From contig NW_026864756.1 in the NCBI RefSeq assembly GCF_026571515.1, positions 1 to 64,000 on the forward strand: 64,000 nucleotides of DNA, written 5' to 3'. The translations under genes were made by a program, and so were the position numbers. Source of the DNA: Ruditapes philippinarum (lineage: Eukaryota). Below the pieces are notes generated by a model. It did no database searches, was not told the origin of the DNA, and worked only from the letters and a program-made list of their open reading frames with translations. Below, one piece after another: positions 63,501 to 64,000 of the stretch (its first letter is position 1; the number at the start of each line of letters is the position of its first letter).

Positions 63501-64000
63501 TGGCGGGATCTGACCACAATGGTGCGATGGGTAGGTGGTTTGAACCACTCGACCACGAATGTCCCCATACAAACTCGTAGATTAATAGGAATATAAAGAG
63601 ATAGTATCATGGTTGATTATTTATTTATTTCAGTACTTTACATATCTTATAATAAAAACATGCAAACAATTTCATCACCTTTTTATCACAAGACGGCTTT
63701 ACTGATTTGTATTGATATATAATTAAAAGTTCTCAAAATTCTGAGAATAAAAAATATTAATATATAAATAAATAAATTTCAATTTATTCACTGGTAATGT
63801 CAGCTTCTCAACTGCAACATCTCACCATTCTATATCATAATGTGGCTAAATAAATCAGGAAATGGATAATTTAATGTAGTCGAAAGTTTGTTGTTTTCTT
63901 TAACACAATCGTATTTAACTTCCAAACGCTATAGACTATCTTCGTCTGTTAAGCATCTACGCCCTTTTACTGAATATCCATTTAAATACAACAAAACGTA
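60515..64000 (+). repeat. Segmental duplication, copy B (runs off the window end)
   Basis: See copy A; offset about 8.0 kb at the start. Confidence 0.92.
63345..63566 (-). mobile_element. Decayed tRNA-derived SINE (second family)
   Basis: Minus strand GGGGACATTCGTGGTCGAGTGG...CTTACGGAAGGTC...GGGCAC...CTGGAAAGTCGCC; absent from paralogous copy A. Confidence 0.65.

Overview
AT-rich, repeat-dense eukaryotic (metazoan) DNA. The repeat families (e.g. the TGAGCCG...CGGCTCA palindromic MITE at 48.1 kb and tRNA-headed SINEs with AAAC tails) resemble those I associate with bivalve molluscs, probably a venerid clam; this is an inference. There is only one intact protein-coding gene: a class A (rhodopsin-type) orphan GPCR on the minus strand with an uninterrupted coding sequence (44558-45886), which has lost nearly all activation microswitch and Na+-pocket residues. 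The remainder is (i) a homopolymer-inflated, probably unpolished stretch (1-~3720) plus two N gaps; (ii) a 5'-truncated, frameshifted LINE (8401-~12690, minus) whose ORF1 and ORF2 are in frame and separated only by one TAG; (iii) many non-autonomous elements: a P/Galileo-like foldback, Harbinger-, IS3EU-, Kolobok- and piggyBac-type MITEs, hairpin elements, SINEs and Penelope-like fragments; (iv) a ~3.6-kb TIR element (31289-34883) carrying decayed exon-like cargo; (v) a small structured repeat family with an A-B-A layout whose junctions fall at a GTGAAGTAC nonamer; and (vi) decayed tandem segmental duplications (18.65-24.57 kb vs 24.57-38.58 kb; 52.5-56.7 kb vs 60.5-64 kb) that supply empty and filled insertion sites. 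All alignments were done by eye, so boundaries are approximate unless a TSD or TIR is quoted. No database search was run.
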